Shown here: piece after piece, positions 62,988 through 64,000 of the stretch | Layout: every line of letters starts with the position of its first letter | Position numbering within the stretch: the stretch's first letter is position 1 | Source of the DNA: a virus | Taxonomy: Duplodnaviria; Caudoviricetes | Reading direction: 5' to 3' (one strand) | Length of the DNA: 64,000 bases | IMG/VR virus record: IMGVR_UViG_3300032295_002982 | Location: 20,266-84,265 of that record | Notes under the pieces: model-generated | Seen by the model: only the letters and a program-made list of their open reading frames with translations | Told to the model about the DNA's origin: nothing | Database searches by the model: none | Translations under genes and position numbers: made by a program

Positions 62988-63721
62988 TCAAAACCGTGAT
63001 TGCAGCAGGTTGCAGTCTCACTAAAGATTTTAGACAGCAGACATGGCCTGATTACCTATCCCAAGCTCTTGACGCCGAGCTGGTCAACGTGGCCGCTCGT
63101 GGTGCTGGCATGCGTTTTGTAAGTCGTCGCACCATGATGGCGCTTGAGCAATATTCCAATGATTCTGTGCTGGTGGCAATTATGTTGCCCAGTTCTGACA
63201 GATTTGATTGTTATATTGACAGCGGTCATGTCATGCGAGATGAATTTGTCAGCATTGCCAGCTGGCAGGATGGTACTGCACCAGGCTTGATTGGTCTTGA
63301 TGGTTCTGTGACCACGAGAAACGGATATTGCCTCACTGGCGGACAGCATCGCAAACTCAAAAAATCCTATTACAAACACTATCACAATGCCACATCGGCC
63401 TGGATTGATTATTGGTTTGATGTGATCAACTTGCAAAATTATCTTAGACTAAGACGTTTTAAATACATTTTCACCATGGCCTATGATTTGAACCACACAG
63501 TTGAACAACCGGTCAATTTTGGTACCATTGAATACGACGATATGTTGAACCTTGTGGACTTTTCGCGATTTGTATTTTATCAGCATCAGCGAGGCTTTTT
63601 GAGCTTTGCTCGTGATCACGGTCATGAGTTTGTGCAACACTACCCCGTACACCAAGCACATGAAGAATTTGTGCAAACATTGATAATGCCAAAACTAGAA
63701 CATGCTGGGCTTACACAATAG
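62984..63721 (+). CDS. SGNH hydrolase-like protein
   Basis: IAAGCSLT, NVAARGAG, C-terminal HYPVHQAH. Confidence 0.6.
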   Translation: MIKTVIAAGCSLTKDFRQQTWPDYLSQALDAELVNVAARGAGMRFVSRRTMMALEQYSNDSVLVAIMLPSSDRFDCYIDSGHVMRDEFVSIASWQDGTAPGLIGLDGSVTTRNGYCLTGGQHRKLKKSYYKHYHNATSAWIDYWFDVINLQNYLRLRRFKYIFTMAYDLNHTVEQPVNFGTIEYDDMLNLVDFSRFVFYQHQRGFLSFARDHGHEFVQHYPVHQAHEEFVQTLIMPKLEHAGLTQ

Positions 63722-64000
63722 ACCCTGGAATGGCGTTGCCAAACATCTGCGCAGCAAATACCGGGTGGTTGCTGAGATAGACTTTTTGGACATTGATTAT
63801 GATGCTCTAAAGTTATATCGTGTGCTGTCGTCTTTGAAAAAGTCCAGCTACGACGCCGATGAAAAAATCTTGATCTACCATTACGATCTAGAATTTTACG
63901 GCAATCTCAAATACGGTGTCATGATTTACAACTTCTTGCAGTGTGTGAGGAGCCTTGACATCAGTCCGTCAGTGTTTGTGGTACTGACCAGTCACTATGG
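63702..64000 (+). CDS. Partial hypothetical protein (3' truncated), possibly another modification-island gene
   Basis: Open frame from ATG 63702 (MLGLHNRPWNGVAKHLRSKYRVVAEIDFLDIDYD...) to the window end. Confidence 0.6.
   Translation, partial: MLGLHNRPWNGVAKHLRSKYRVVAEIDFLDIDYDALKLYRVLSSLKKSSYDADEKILIYHYDLEFYGNLKYGVMIYNFLQCVRSLDISPSVFVVLTSHY

Noticed and set aside
1-64000. Stop-codon reassignment (alternative genetic code), as in some jumbo phages
   Set aside because: Code 11 gives near-complete coding coverage, including a 14.7 kb ORF, and TAA, TAG and TGA all end genes at operon junctions.

Overview
Gene-dense, standard-code fragment of a large T4-like (myovirus-type, probably jumbo) bacteriophage genome. 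Four blocks are visible. (1) 1-5.8 kb, + strand: end of a MoxR-like AAA ATPase, a peptidase-vWA protein, small early genes behind near-consensus sigma70 promoters, and thyX. (2) 5.8-30.5 kb: a ~25 kb convergent sugar-synthesis and tailoring island. It holds an NDP-sugar epimerase, a DegT aminotransferase, a Gfo/Idh/MocA oxidoreductase, an amidinotransferase, a NodU carbamoyltransferase, a PBP7-like peptidase, five radical SAM proteins with an N-terminal Cys-rich (SPASM/twitch-like) domain, four GT10-like proteins, GT-A-like proteins, an SGNH-like protein and an unannotated 32-aa peptide. (3) 30.5-60.0 kb, - strand: tail fibre and baseplate genes, including a 4910-aa protein, behind TAAATA-type late promoters. 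(4) 60.1-64 kb, + strand: gp55-like late sigma factor and gp47/Mre11 nuclease, interleaved with more SGNH-like genes and a possible GT10-like gene. The best candidate for an undescribed system is the radical SAM/glycosyltransferase island. Its 16 kb minus-strand arm has its own sigma70-type promoter and an apparently leaderless first gene. All assignments come from motif recognition by eye; no searches were run. No tRNA, rRNA, CRISPR array or mobile element was seen.
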